Shown piece after piece: positions 18,002 to 27,500 of a DNA stretch of 64,000 nucleotides. Location of the stretch: NCBI GenBank assembly GCA_963663235.2, contig CAXXNO010000004.1, forward strand, positions 832,001 to 896,000, given 5' to 3'. Every line of letters begins with the position of its first letter. Position 1 is the first letter of the stretch. Source of the DNA: Dehalococcoidia bacterium. Its GTDB lineage: Bacteria; Chloroflexota; Dehalococcoidia; Bin125. The notes under the pieces were generated by a model. It was not told where the DNA came from, searched no databases, and was given only the letters and a program-made list of their open reading frames with translations. Position numbers and translations under genes: made by a program.

Positions 18002-18065
18002 GGCCTCAGGCTATACTCAGCCGCGCCCACAGGCCCCGTCTCCCGCCCGCGAAAGGAGCACGCCG

Positions 18066-18833
18066 ATGCCGGTTCCCGGCGAAGTCACCGATTTGGGGCG
18101 AGTCCAGACAGAGGAGATCCGCTACCCGAGCGAGGACACCGCGATCGAGGCGTACGTGGCGCGCCCGCGTGAGGCCGGCGCGAAGCCGGGGATCATCGTG
18201 ATCCACGAGGCGTTCGGCCCGGTCGAGCACATCCGCGACGTCGCCCGCCGGTTCGCCAACATCGGCTTCACGGCGATCGCCCCGAACCTCTACACGCGCG
18301 AGGGCGCGCCGGACCCCAAGGACATGAACTCCGTCTTCCCGAAGATGTTCGGCCGGCCGGACGCTGAAGTCGTTCGCGACCTGGAGGCAGCGGCCGCGTA
18401 CCTCCGCAGCCAGCCGGACAGCAACGGCAAGGTCGGCTGTATCGGCTTCTGCTCCGGGGGGCGGCAGACGCTCCTCTTCGCCTGTTCCAGCGCGACCGTG
18501 GACGCGGCGGTTGATTGCTGGGGCGGATTCATCAGCCGGGCGACGCAGGAGGACCAGACGACGGCCGCGCGGCCGACGCCGATCATCGACCTCAGCGAGC
18601 AGTTGCACTGCCCGCTCTACGCCGTGATCGGTGAGGAGGACGAGAACCCATCGCCAACCGAGGCGGCGGAGTTGGAGCGGCGGCTGAAGGACGCGGGCAA
18701 GACGTTCCAGGTCGAAGTATTCACCGATGCGGGACACGCGTTCCTGGCCGACTACCGCCCGTCCTATCGGGAGGGGCCGGCGCTCAAGCTCTGGCCGAAG
18801 ATCGTGGCGTTCTTGGAGACGCAGCTACGCTGA
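18066..18833 (+). CDS. Dienelactone hydrolase family protein
   Basis: IHEAFG, GFCSGG, AGHAF motifs; AAGGAG RBS. Confidence 0.92.
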   Translation: MPVPGEVTDLGRVQTEEIRYPSEDTAIEAYVARPREAGAKPGIIVIHEAFGPVEHIRDVARRFANIGFTAIAPNLYTREGAPDPKDMNSVFPKMFGRPDAEVVRDLEAAAAYLRSQPDSNGKVGCIGFCSGGRQTLLFACSSATVDAAVDCWGGFISRATQEDQTTAARPTPIIDLSEQLHCPLYAVIGEEDENPSPTEAAELERRLKDAGKTFQVEVFTDAGHAFLADYRPSYREGPALKLWPKIVAFLETQLR

Positions 18834-18849
18834 TCCCGGCGTCGCCGGG

Positions 18850-19236
18850 CTATTCCGCCGGCCCGGCGAGAGGGCGCGCGAAGCTGAGCTCGTGGCCGTC
18901 GGGATCAGTGATATGGAAGTAACGCTCGCCCCACTCGGCATCGCGCGGGGCGGTGTCGGGCGTGAGGCCGGCGGCGATGGCCCGCTGGTGGAACGCGTCC
19001 ACGTCTGAGACGTAGAAGATCACACGGCCCCACCACGCCCAGCGACGACTCGCGGGCTGCGCCGTGAGGTTCAGGTAGCCCTGTTCCAGAGCGAAGCTGG
19101 TGAACGAAGCGCGCTCGTCGCCGTAGAGGAGCGCGAATCCCAAGGCGCGATAGAAGTGCACCGCGCGCGCCATGTCATGGGTGGCGAGCGTGAGCGCGCT
19201 GATGCAGTCGATGGTCGGGGCGGGCTCGGGGGTCAC
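18850..19236 (-). CDS. VOC/glyoxalase family protein
   Basis: DMARAVHFYRALG, WGERYFHITDPDGHELSF motifs. Confidence 0.88.
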   Translation of the reverse strand: MTPEPAPTIDCISALTLATHDMARAVHFYRALGFALLYGDERASFTSFALEQGYLNLTAQPASRRWAWWGRVIFYVSDVDAFHQRAIAAGLTPDTAPRDAEWGERYFHITDPDGHELSFARPLAGPAE

Positions 19237-19308
19237 GCGCGGATGATAGGCGATGGCCGTAGCAGCGTGATCGCCGGACCGGACGTACTGAGCCGGGCAG
19301 CGCCTTCG

Positions 19309-19995
19309 TCAGGCGCCATCGCTCTCCCGTTCGGCGGCGCGGCGGAGGATCTCCATGCAGCGCGCGTCCGGCACCGGGGGGAACTGTTCATAGAAGGCGC
19401 CTACCGCGCCGAACGGGCTCGGGGTGGCGATCACGATCACGCGTGCGCCCATCTGCTCCAGGCGGTGCACGGCCTCCTCGGCGGCAACCGGCACCGCGAC
19501 CAGCACAGCCGCCGCGCCGGCACGCTGCGTCGCGTCCACGGCGGCCGCCATCGTGGCGCCGGTGGCGAGGCCGTCGTCGACGAGGAGGACGCGGCGGTCG
19601 CGCACCGGCTCGGCCGGCCGCGCGTCGCGATAGTCGCGCTCGCGTCGCTCCACCTCGTCCAGCTCGCGGCGTCGCGCCGCCTCCAGGTCGGCGGGACTGA
19701 GGTCGAACATGGCCAGGAAGTCGTCGTTCCAGATCGTGCCCAGGCGGGTGACAGAGCCGACGGCCAGCTCCGGGGAGCCCGGCGCGCCAATCTTGCGCGC
19801 GATCAGCGCATCGAGCGGCAAGCACAGCCCTTGGGCGACCGGCTCGGCGACCTCCAGCCCGCCGCGGGGGATGGTGAGGATGAGGTCCGCCCGCACGTGC
19901 AGGCTGCGGAGCAGGTCCAAGAGCCGTCGGCCCGCGTCCAGGCGATCGCGGAAGCGGACCGGCTCAGAGCGCCGAGGGATGAAGCGACTGAGCAT
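19309..19995 (-). CDS. Phosphoribosyltransferase family protein
   Basis: FRDRLDAG, IPRGG, RKIGAP, LVDDGLATGATM motifs. Confidence 0.88.
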   Translation of the reverse strand: MLSRFIPRRSEPVRFRDRLDAGRRLLDLLRSLHVRADLILTIPRGGLEVAEPVAQGLCLPLDALIARKIGAPGSPELAVGSVTRLGTIWNDDFLAMFDLSPADLEAARRRELDEVERRERDYRDARPAEPVRDRRVLLVDDGLATGATMAAAVDATQRAGAAAVLVAVPVAAEEAVHRLEQMGARVIVIATPSPFGAVGAFYEQFPPVPDARCMEILRRAAERESDGA

Positions 19996-20148
19996 CCACG
20001 CCTCCCCATGCCAGCCCTGGAAGAATCGCACGCCGGCGCGCCCTGTGCGCGAGCGAATCAACTAGAACGGCCACAAATAAGGTCGGGAGCGGATGTGTGG
20101 GCCAGCGGTGCATGGATAGCTTGAGCGTGAGACTCGGAACGATCCGGC

Positions 20149-22596
20149 TCAGGATAGGACGGGAGGCCCGTGAGCGCCGTCGTTGCCGGCGGCAGCCAGG
20201 CGTTGCATCTCATCGAGGGCGTCCGCCACGTCGCGGAAGATCGTGTCCTCGGGGTACGTCCCGTCATCGCGGAGGCTCCCGGCGGGCCGGCCAGTGAGCA
20301 GCTCCAGCCCTTCCTCAATGCCGGAGACCTGCCAGATGTGGAAGCGGCCATCGTCGACGGCTTGGACCAGGTCGTCGCGGAGGGTCAGGTTGACGACGTT
20401 GCTGGCGGGCATCATCACCCCCTGGCTCCCCGTCAACCCCACCTCGCAGCAGACGTCGTAGAAGCCCTCCACCTTCTCCGTCACGCCGCCGACCGGCTGG
20501 ATGTTGCCGAACTGGTCCACGGAGCCGGTCACGGCGATGTCCTGCCGGATGGGGACGCCGGCGAGCGAGGTGAGGATGGCGTACAACTCCACCGAAGAGG
20601 CGCTGTCCCCTTCCACTTCGTCGTAGCTCTGCTCGAAGGTGATGCTGGCGGTGAAGGCCAGCGGGCGCTCGCGGCCGAAGACGCCCATGAGGTAGCCGCT
20701 GAGGACAAGCACGCCCTTGGAGTGGATGGCGCCGCTGCGCTCGACTTCGCGGTCGATCGCCACGACGCCACGGCGGCCGAGGCCGATACGGCAGGTGATG
20801 CGCGTGGGAGTGCCCAAGGCGTGGCTGCTCAACTGGTAGACGGCGAGGCCGTTCACCTGGCCGACCACGGCGCCGGAGGTCTCCACGTGCAGCGTCCCCT
20901 CCGCGATCATGCGCCGCAGGCGGTCGGCGACGAGGCCGGAGCGGCGGCGCTTGCCGGCGACCGCGGCGCGGACGTGGGCCGCGGTGACCGTGTCGTGGCC
21001 TTCATCGGCGGCGAGTTGGTCCGCCTCCCCACAGAGGTCCTCGATCGCGCCCAGGCGGGTGCTGAGCCGGTCCTGCCGCCCGGCCAGGCGGGCGCCGAAG
21101 CGCAGCACCTCTTTGAGGGCATCGCGGGTGAGGTGGCGCAGGCCGCGGTGCCGCACGGCGTGGCAGACGAAGCCGGTGTAGGCGGCCAGCGACTCGGCAT
21201 CGACCGGGGTGTCGGGCTCGAACTCGGCGCGGATCTTGAAGAGCGCGGGGAAGTCCGGGTCCATCGCATCCAGGAAGGCGAACGCCATCGGCGAGCCGAC
21301 CAGCACGACCTTGAGGTCCAGCGGGATGGCCTCCGGGATGACGTTGACGGTGGGGATGGGCGTGGAGCCGGCCCCGACGTCCTCCACGCGCGCCTCTTTG
21401 CACTTGAGGCTGCGCTTGAGCTTGAGCCAGGTGCGGGGATCGGTGAGGACGTCTTGGACCTGCAGCACGAGGTAGCCGCCGTTGGCGTGGTGCACCGCGC
21501 CGGGACGGATGAGAGTGAAATCGGTGGTCAAGGCGCCGGCCCGCGGCTCGAAGTCGAGGCGGCCGAAGAGGTTGTAGTAGGTGGGCTGGCCCTCGACCAC
21601 GACCGGCGCGGCGGTGGCCGGCTCGTCGCCGTGGGTGACGAAGAGGTTGACCGTGTAGCGCTTCAGGAGCTGCTCGCGCTGCTCGGTGATCTGCGCCAGC
21701 GGCTGCGGCGGGACGCCATCGGCCTGTGCTTCCGGACGTCGCCGCAAGCCATCGACATTGGCGATGATGTCCGTTTCCACAGCGTCGAAATGCTCGGCCA
21801 ACCCGTGGGGGGCGTACTTCTCCCGGAGGTCATCCAGGATCGGCCCGACCACGAAGCGAGTCACGTCCTTATCCAGCGCGGCGAGCGCCTGTTGCGCCCG
21901 TTGGTCCAGCTTGCGCAGCTGTCGCACGGTGGCGCCCACCGTCTCTTGCACGGTCTTGCCGCCCTGCTCGATGGACGCTTGCATCTCCGGAGGCAGCGAC
22001 TGGATGACTTCGGGCGTTAACGGCTGGCCGTCCCGGTCCTTGGGCATCGCCACAAACCCCATTTGCGTGACGTTCACCAAGTAGCCGAATTGATCGGCGG
22101 TGCGCTGCATGGCCTCCAGGATCTCGCCACGCTCCGTGCCGACCGGCTGCAGCGTTTGCGACCGGCGCTCCTGGTAAGACTCGCTTTCGAAGGCTCGGGG
22201 GACCTCCGTGCGGCAGGCCTCGACGAGCTCGGCGAGGTCGCGCTGCAGATCGTCACCCAGCCCGGAGGGGAGCGCCACGGCGCGCGAGCGGTAGGGGTCG
22301 CGGAAGCTGTAGAGGTAGCACCAGTCGGAGACGGGAGCATTGCCGGCGGCGGCCTCGTTGACCAGCTGGCGCACCGCCATGTTCTTTCCCGCCCCCGGCG
22401 GACCAGAGACGGCGATGTTGTAGCCGTCCGCCTGCACGCGGAGACCGAAGGCGATGGCCTCCTGCGCACGCTGCTGGCCGGCGACCGCCTCGAGCGGTTC
22501 CACGTCCGCCGTCGACGGCGGGAGGTCCGTATCGGCGAACTGAGCGCAAAGCTGATCCGACCGCAGTTGCAGCGAATCCATCACCGTCGTGCTCAC
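20149..22596 (-). CDS. Lon-like (LonC/AAA_32) protease
   Basis: GQQRA, GPPGAGK, ANGGYL, GQVNGL, FEQSY..VEGDSAS (catalytic Ser), GGVTEKVEGF (Lys); GAAGGGAG RBS before GTG 22596. Confidence 0.92.
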   Translation of the reverse strand: MSTTVMDSLQLRSDQLCAQFADTDLPPSTADVEPLEAVAGQQRAQEAIAFGLRVQADGYNIAVSGPPGAGKNMAVRQLVNEAAAGNAPVSDWCYLYSFRDPYRSRAVALPSGLGDDLQRDLAELVEACRTEVPRAFESESYQERRSQTLQPVGTERGEILEAMQRTADQFGYLVNVTQMGFVAMPKDRDGQPLTPEVIQSLPPEMQASIEQGGKTVQETVGATVRQLRKLDQRAQQALAALDKDVTRFVVGPILDDLREKYAPHGLAEHFDAVETDIIANVDGLRRRPEAQADGVPPQPLAQITEQREQLLKRYTVNLFVTHGDEPATAAPVVVEGQPTYYNLFGRLDFEPRAGALTTDFTLIRPGAVHHANGGYLVLQVQDVLTDPRTWLKLKRSLKCKEARVEDVGAGSTPIPTVNVIPEAIPLDLKVVLVGSPMAFAFLDAMDPDFPALFKIRAEFEPDTPVDAESLAAYTGFVCHAVRHRGLRHLTRDALKEVLRFGARLAGRQDRLSTRLGAIEDLCGEADQLAADEGHDTVTAAHVRAAVAGKRRRSGLVADRLRRMIAEGTLHVETSGAVVGQVNGLAVYQLSSHALGTPTRITCRIGLGRRGVVAIDREVERSGAIHSKGVLVLSGYLMGVFGRERPLAFTASITFEQSYDEVEGDSASSVELYAILTSLAGVPIRQDIAVTGSVDQFGNIQPVGGVTEKVEGFYDVCCEVGLTGSQGVMMPASNVVNLTLRDDLVQAVDDGRFHIWQVSGIEEGLELLTGRPAGSLRDDGTYPEDTIFRDVADALDEMQRLAAAGNDGAHGPPVLS

Positions 22597-22641
22597 GGGG
22601 CGCTCCCTTCCGTGCCGCACCGGCATGGCCCGGCGCTTATT

Positions 22642-24174
22642 CTATCGATTCTCGTTCTGGCGATTCTCTTTCGCGTCCGGAGTCGAGCGGGACAACAGCG
22701 CCCGCAGAACATCACGGCGCAGCTTGCCCGCTGCGTTGCGCGGTAACGCCGCCAGGACACGGATGGCGTCGGGGCGCTTGTACGCAGCCAGGCGCTCCGC
22801 GCAGAAGCGGCTGAGAGCGTCGGTGTCGGCGGAGGCGCCGAGGCGGAGGCAGACAGCCGCGACCGGGCGCTGCCCCCAACGGGCGTCCGCCACGGCGACC
22901 ACCCCCGCATCCACGACATCCGGATGCGTGAGCAACACGGCTTCGACCTCGGCGGGGTAGACGTTCTCGCCGCCGGAGATGATGAGGTCGGCTCGGCGGT
23001 CGAGCACGCGGAGCCCGCCGTACTCATCCAGGGAGCCGACATCTCCGGTGTGGAGCCAGCCGTCCACGACGGTGCGCGCGGTCGCTTCGGGATCGGCGTC
23101 GTAGCCCGCCATCACCGTCGGGCCGCGCACGAGGATCTCGCCCGCTTCGCCCGGCGGCAGATCGACGCCGTCCCGCACGATGCGGATCTCCGTGTTCCAG
23201 AGGGGCCGCGCGGCCCGACGGGCAGAGGGGGACTCCGAGGCGAGGGGCGGGGGCACTGTCGCCACCTGCGAAGCCGTCTCGGTCAGGCCGTAAGTAGGCG
23301 CCACGGGGATGCCGCGAGCGGCGCAGTCGGCGAGCAGCGGCGCCGGGGCGGGACCGCCGCCGAGCAGCGCCAGCCGGAACGTGGGCGGGTAGGGCCGATC
23401 GCCGCGCTCCTCCAGCATCGCGGCCAGCATGCGGGCGACCACAGAGACGATGGTGACGCCGTCGTTGTCGATGGCGCGGTTGGCGGCGGCCGGATCGAAG
23501 GACGCGTGCAGGACGACGGGGATACCGCAGATCACGCTGCGCAGCAGGATCGCCAGGCCGCCGACGTGGTAGAGGGGCATGCAGGCGAGCCAGCGGTCGT
23601 CGTCGTGGAGGCCCAGACTGAGCGCCGAGCCCAAGGCGCTCCAGAGGTGGTTGCCGAAGGTCAACATGGCGCCCTTGGGGCGGCCGGTGGTGCCGGAGGT
23701 GAAGACGATGGAGTGCACAGCGGATTCATCGATGTGGCGTGCGTCGAGGGGGTGAGCGTCGTCGGGCAGGGGGTCCGAGGCCGCCAGGGCGGACAGCGGC
23801 AGGAGGCGCAGGCCATCGCGCCCTCTCGCCAGTTCGTTCCCCAGCGCCGAATGGGCATCGTCGGCGATCAGGAATCGAGCGGCCACGGCGTCGATCTGAT
23901 AACCGAGCTCGGGCGGCATCAGGCGCAGGTTGAGGGGCACGAAGACGGCGCCGAGGCGGGGAACCGCGTGCACGCACTGCACGAGAGCCGGCCCGCTACC
24001 TGCCAGCACGGCGACGCGATCGCCCGGTCGCACGCCTGCAACATCGAGGTGGGCGGTGAAAGCCCGGACCGCCGCGCGTAGCTCGTCGAATGTCCAGCGG
24101 CGCCCGTCCCAGATGAGCGCCGGTCGGTCCGGCGAGCGCAGGACGCGTTGGTCCAGCCAGTCGGGCATGGACAT
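22642..24174 (-). CDS. menE: o-succinylbenzoate-CoA ligase
   Basis: FTSGTTGRPKG, PLYHVGGL, YGLTETASQ, SGGENVYP motifs; men gene context. Confidence 0.92.
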   Translation of the reverse strand: MSMPDWLDQRVLRSPDRPALIWDGRRWTFDELRAAVRAFTAHLDVAGVRPGDRVAVLAGSGPALVQCVHAVPRLGAVFVPLNLRLMPPELGYQIDAVAARFLIADDAHSALGNELARGRDGLRLLPLSALAASDPLPDDAHPLDARHIDESAVHSIVFTSGTTGRPKGAMLTFGNHLWSALGSALSLGLHDDDRWLACMPLYHVGGLAILLRSVICGIPVVLHASFDPAAANRAIDNDGVTIVSVVARMLAAMLEERGDRPYPPTFRLALLGGGPAPAPLLADCAARGIPVAPTYGLTETASQVATVPPPLASESPSARRAARPLWNTEIRIVRDGVDLPPGEAGEILVRGPTVMAGYDADPEATARTVVDGWLHTGDVGSLDEYGGLRVLDRRADLIISGGENVYPAEVEAVLLTHPDVVDAGVVAVADARWGQRPVAAVCLRLGASADTDALSRFCAERLAAYKRPDAIRVLAALPRNAAGKLRRDVLRALLSRSTPDAKENRQNENR

Positions 24175-24178
24175 GCGG

Positions 24179-25084
24179 CTAGACCAGCAGCCCGGCCGCC
24201 AGCAGCACCCCGAAGAGCAAGTGCAGCTGGCCGGTTTGCTTGAGGATGGGATTCAGGGCGCGGCCCTCGACGCCGCCGACGACGCGCGCCGCGAGCAGCG
24301 CCGCCAGCGGCGCGCTGAGCCAAGCCAACCAGGACCACCAAGGCAGCAGGCCGACGGCGCTGAAGGCGGCGATCAGGACGTAGGGCGCCGTCACGAGCAG
24401 CAGATAGTCGACGCGCGTGGCGCGCGCGCCCAGGATCACGGCCAGCGTGCGCTTGCCGCTGCGACGGTCGGTATCGAGATCGCGCAGGTTGTTGACCACC
24501 AAGATGGCCGTGACCGTCATGCCGATGGGGATCGACGCCGCCAGGGCGCGCCAAGCGAGCTCTTCCGTCTGCACGAAGTAACTGCCGACCCCCGCCGCCA
24601 AACCAAAGAAAACAAACACGAACGGATCGCCCAAGCCGTGATAGCCGAAGGGCCAGGGGCCGCCGGTGTAGGCCAGCGCGGCGAGGATCGCCGCAGCGCC
24701 CAGCACCAGGACCGGCCAACCCGCCACCACGATCAGATAGACGCCGATCAGCGCCGCCGCCGCCAGCACGGCCAGCGTGGCCCAGCGCATCTCGGCAGCC
24801 GAGACCAGACCGCTCTGCGTAGCCCGCTGCGGGCCGAGGCGATCCTCGCGGTCGGCGCCCCGAACGAAGTCTGAGAAGTCGTTGGCGAAGTTGGCGCCAA
24901 CCTGCAACAGCACCGCCGCGCCCAGCGCTGCAATGAACGGCAGCAGGCGCAGCGCAGTGTCCGCATCGGCCGCGGCCGTGCCGACGAGGACCGGAGCGAT
25001 CGCGGCCGTCAGCGTCGCCGGCCGGGCCGCCATCAGCCAGACGCGCCAGGCAGGGACCGAACGCCGAGCCTGCTCGTGTAACAC
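24179..25084 (-). CDS. menA: DHNA prenyltransferase
   Basis: ARPATL, NFANDFSD, YTGGP, NNLRD...GKRTLAV motifs. Confidence 0.94.
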   Translation of the reverse strand: MLHEQARRSVPAWRVWLMAARPATLTAAIAPVLVGTAAADADTALRLLPFIAALGAAVLLQVGANFANDFSDFVRGADREDRLGPQRATQSGLVSAAEMRWATLAVLAAAALIGVYLIVVAGWPVLVLGAAAILAALAYTGGPWPFGYHGLGDPFVFVFFGLAAGVGSYFVQTEELAWRALAASIPIGMTVTAILVVNNLRDLDTDRRSGKRTLAVILGARATRVDYLLLVTAPYVLIAAFSAVGLLPWWSWLAWLSAPLAALLAARVVGGVEGRALNPILKQTGQLHLLFGVLLAAGLLV

Positions 25085-25092
25085 CGGGCGGA

Positions 25093-25911
25093 TCAGGGAA
25101 AGCGGGGGAACTTGGAGAAGTCGGGTTTGCGCTTCTCCAGGAAGGCCCGCTGCCCCTCCTTGGCCTCGTCGGTGAGGTAGTAGAGCAGAGTGGCGTCACC
25201 GGCGAGCTGCTGGAGCCCGGCCAGGCCATCGGTGTCGGCGTTGAAGGCCGCCTTGAGAAGCCGCAGCGCCATGGGGCTTTTCTGGAGGATCTCGCGGCAC
25301 CAGTCGATCGTCTCCTCCTCCAAGCGGTCGAGCGGGACGACGGCGTTGATCAGGCCCATTTCGAGCGCCTCCTGCGCCGAATACTGGCGGCAGAGGTACC
25401 AGATCTCGCGGGCCTTCTTGTGCCCCACGATGCGGGCGAGCAGGGTTGAGCCGTAGCCACCGTCGAAGGAGCCGACCTTGGGGCCCGTCTGTCCGAAGAC
25501 GGCGTTGTCGGCGGCGATGGTGAGGTCGCAGACGATGTGCAAGACGTGTCCGCCGCCGATGGCGTAGCCGGCCACCATCGCGATCACCGGCTTGGGAATG
25601 GTGCGGATCTGACGTTGTAGCTGGAGCACGCTCAACTCGGGCGTGCCGGCATCGTCCACATACCCGCCCTCACCGCGGATGCGCTGGTCCCCGCCGGAGC
25701 AAAACGCTTCGCGTCCCGCGCCGGTCAGGACGACGACGCCGACGTCCAAGTCCAAGTGCGCGCGCGAGAAGGCGTCGCGGAGCTCGGCCAGGGTCTTGGG
25801 CCGGAACGCGTTGCGCACCTCGGGGCGGTTGATGGTGATCTTGGCGATCCCATCGGCGCGCTCATAGAGGATGTCGTCGTAATCGTGCTGCCGTTGCCAA
25901 GCGATCGCCAT
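25093..25911 (-). CDS. menB: 1,4-dihydroxy-2-naphthoyl-CoA synthase
   Basis: [38 protein letters not shown] motifs. Confidence 0.97.
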   Translation of the reverse strand: MAIAWQRQHDYDDILYERADGIAKITINRPEVRNAFRPKTLAELRDAFSRAHLDLDVGVVVLTGAGREAFCSGGDQRIRGEGGYVDDAGTPELSVLQLQRQIRTIPKPVIAMVAGYAIGGGHVLHIVCDLTIAADNAVFGQTGPKVGSFDGGYGSTLLARIVGHKKAREIWYLCRQYSAQEALEMGLINAVVPLDRLEEETIDWCREILQKSPMALRLLKAAFNADTDGLAGLQQLAGDATLLYYLTDEAKEGQRAFLEKRKPDFSKFPRFP

Positions 25912-25929
25912 AGGCCGTTCCTTTGCCCC

Positions 25930-26547
25930 TCAGCGCTCCGCCGACACGGTGTCGGTCGCGGCGCCCACGCTGCGCAGGAGGAGGAGGCGTAGCGTGGGAA
26001 AGAGATCCTCCAGCCGCCCCGGGGACGGCGTCAGGAGCCAGCGCGCCAGCACGGCGTTGAGGATGCCGACCCAGGCCTGAGCCGTCACCCCGGTGTCAAT
26101 CGGTTCGATCACGCCATCCGCCACCGCCTGATCCAGCTGCTCCTGAATCACCGCTTCGAATTGTTGCTGGATCACGAGCATGCGCTGATTGAAGCGGGGC
26201 CCGGCTCCCAGCGCTTCGATGGCGAAGACGCGCGCCAGGGTGCGGTGCTTGCCCAGCGTGCGTAGCAGCACCAGCAAGGCCGCCGTGGCTTTGGCGACGG
26301 GGTCGGTTTCTGCGTCCATCGCGGTGCGCAGCTTGCCCATCAGCAGCGTCGCCGTGTGGTCCAGCAGCGCGAACAAGAGCGCTTCCTTGCCGGGGAAGTG
26401 AAAATACAGCCCGCCCTTCGACGTCCCAGCGGTGAGGGCGATCTCGTCGATGGCGGCGTCGCTGTAACCGCGCCGCGCGAAGACCTTTGCGGCCGCGGAC
26501 AGGATCCGTTGCTGGCGATCGCGGGCGCGGGCTTGCTGGACAGGCAT
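25930..26547 (-). CDS. TetR/AcrR family transcriptional regulator, first gene of the menBAE operon
   Basis: ILSAAAKVFARRGY...IDEIA...SKGGLYFHFPGKEAL HTH. Confidence 0.93.
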   Translation of the reverse strand: MPVQQARARDRQQRILSAAAKVFARRGYSDAAIDEIALTAGTSKGGLYFHFPGKEALLFALLDHTATLLMGKLRTAMDAETDPVAKATAALLVLLRTLGKHRTLARVFAIEALGAGPRFNQRMLVIQQQFEAVIQEQLDQAVADGVIEPIDTGVTAQAWVGILNAVLARWLLTPSPGRLEDLFPTLRLLLLRSVGAATDTVSAER

Positions 26548-26557
26548 GGATGTGCAA

Positions 26558-26590
26558 AAACCGACTGAGCCGTCGGTTTCAGCTACGCTA
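26558..26590 (-). promoter_or_regulatory. Operator palindrome AAACCGAC-TGAGCC-GTCGGTTT (26558-26579) plus TAGCGT -10-like box (26585-26590)
   Basis: Inverted repeat 10 nt above the tetR ATG, in the divergent tetR/menG spacer; matches 17028. Confidence 0.75.
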
Positions 26591-26646
26591 GCAAACAGCC
26601 CCGAGGCGAACAAGGCCCTCGTGACGCCGACGGCCCGGGATGGCGC

Positions 26647-27399
26647 GTGTCCGAACCGTCCTCCGACCAGGTGAACGCCCGGCAGATCCAGGCGATGTTC
26701 AGCCGGATCGTGCCGCGCTACGACCGGATGAACCGCTGGATGACCTTGGGGCTGGACGGCCGCTGGCGGCGCGCGGCCGCGCGGAAGGCCGAGCCGGAGG
26801 ATGGCTGGGCGCTGGACCTGGGCGCCGGCACCGGGGACCTCAGCCGCGCCTTGCACCAGGCCGGGGCGCGGCGGGTGGTCTCGGCCGACTTCTCGCGGCG
26901 GATGCTGGTGGCGGGACAGGCCAAGGCGGCAGCGGGGCACCATCGCCAACCGAGCTGGCTGCTGGCCGACGCGCCGGCGCTGCCGTTCGCCGACGACACG
27001 TTCGACGCCGTGGTCAGCGGCTTCTTGCTGCGCAACCTGGTGGACCTCCCCGCGGGCCTGAGCGAGATGATCCGGGTTCTCAAGCCGGGCGGCCGCCTGG
27101 TGGCGCTGGACATTACCCACCCGCCGGCGGGGCCGCTGGCCGCGATTACCCGGGGCACGTTCCACCGGCTGGTCACGCCCCTGGCGGGGCGTTTGAGCGG
27201 CGATCGCGACGCGTATCGCTATCTGGCCGAATCGCTGAGCGGCTTCCCGGAGGCGCCCGCCCTGGCAGCGCTCATCGCGGAAGCGGGCGGGCAGGAGGCG
27301 GGATTCCAGCGGCTGGGCGGCGGCGCCATGGCGCTGCACTGGGCCCGTAAAGCTGCAGGGAGCCCCGGCGGAAGATCACAGGGAAGCCCGGCGGCGTGA
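26647..27399 (+). CDS. menG: Demethylmenaquinone methyltransferase (UbiE/MenG)
   Basis: MFSRIVPRYDRMN, LDLGAGTGD, LPFADDTFD, LRN, RVLKPGG, AYRYLAES motifs. Confidence 0.92.
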   Translation: MSEPSSDQVNARQIQAMFSRIVPRYDRMNRWMTLGLDGRWRRAAARKAEPEDGWALDLGAGTGDLSRALHQAGARRVVSADFSRRMLVAGQAKAAAGHHRQPSWLLADAPALPFADDTFDAVVSGFLLRNLVDLPAGLSEMIRVLKPGGRLVALDITHPPAGPLAAITRGTFHRLVTPLAGRLSGDRDAYRYLAESLSGFPEAPALAALIAEAGGQEAGFQRLGGGAMALHWARKAAGSPGGRSQGSPAA

Positions 27400-27500
27400 G
27401 CCCCGTTGCGAGATATACACTACCCTATACGACATATAGACGCGGTCGATAGAACGTGGGTCGGCCACAGACCGCATCCCCCAATGGAGGGGTCATCAGC

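Noticed and set aside
13789-22020. Long antisense ORFs (e.g. 13789..15777, 15504..17138, 20170..22020)
   Set aside because: These are shadow ORFs opposite well-conserved genes, expected at high GC, with no recognisable motifs
25930-27339. 469-aa extended TetR
   Set aside because: The extension is antisense to menG; the true start is ATG 26547 just below the operator
27406-27440. Regulator site above the OFOR operon (TATAC/TATAG repeats)
   Set aside because: The patch is AT-rich and promoter-like, but the spacing is irregular (12 and 9 nt) and there is no second instance to support a motif
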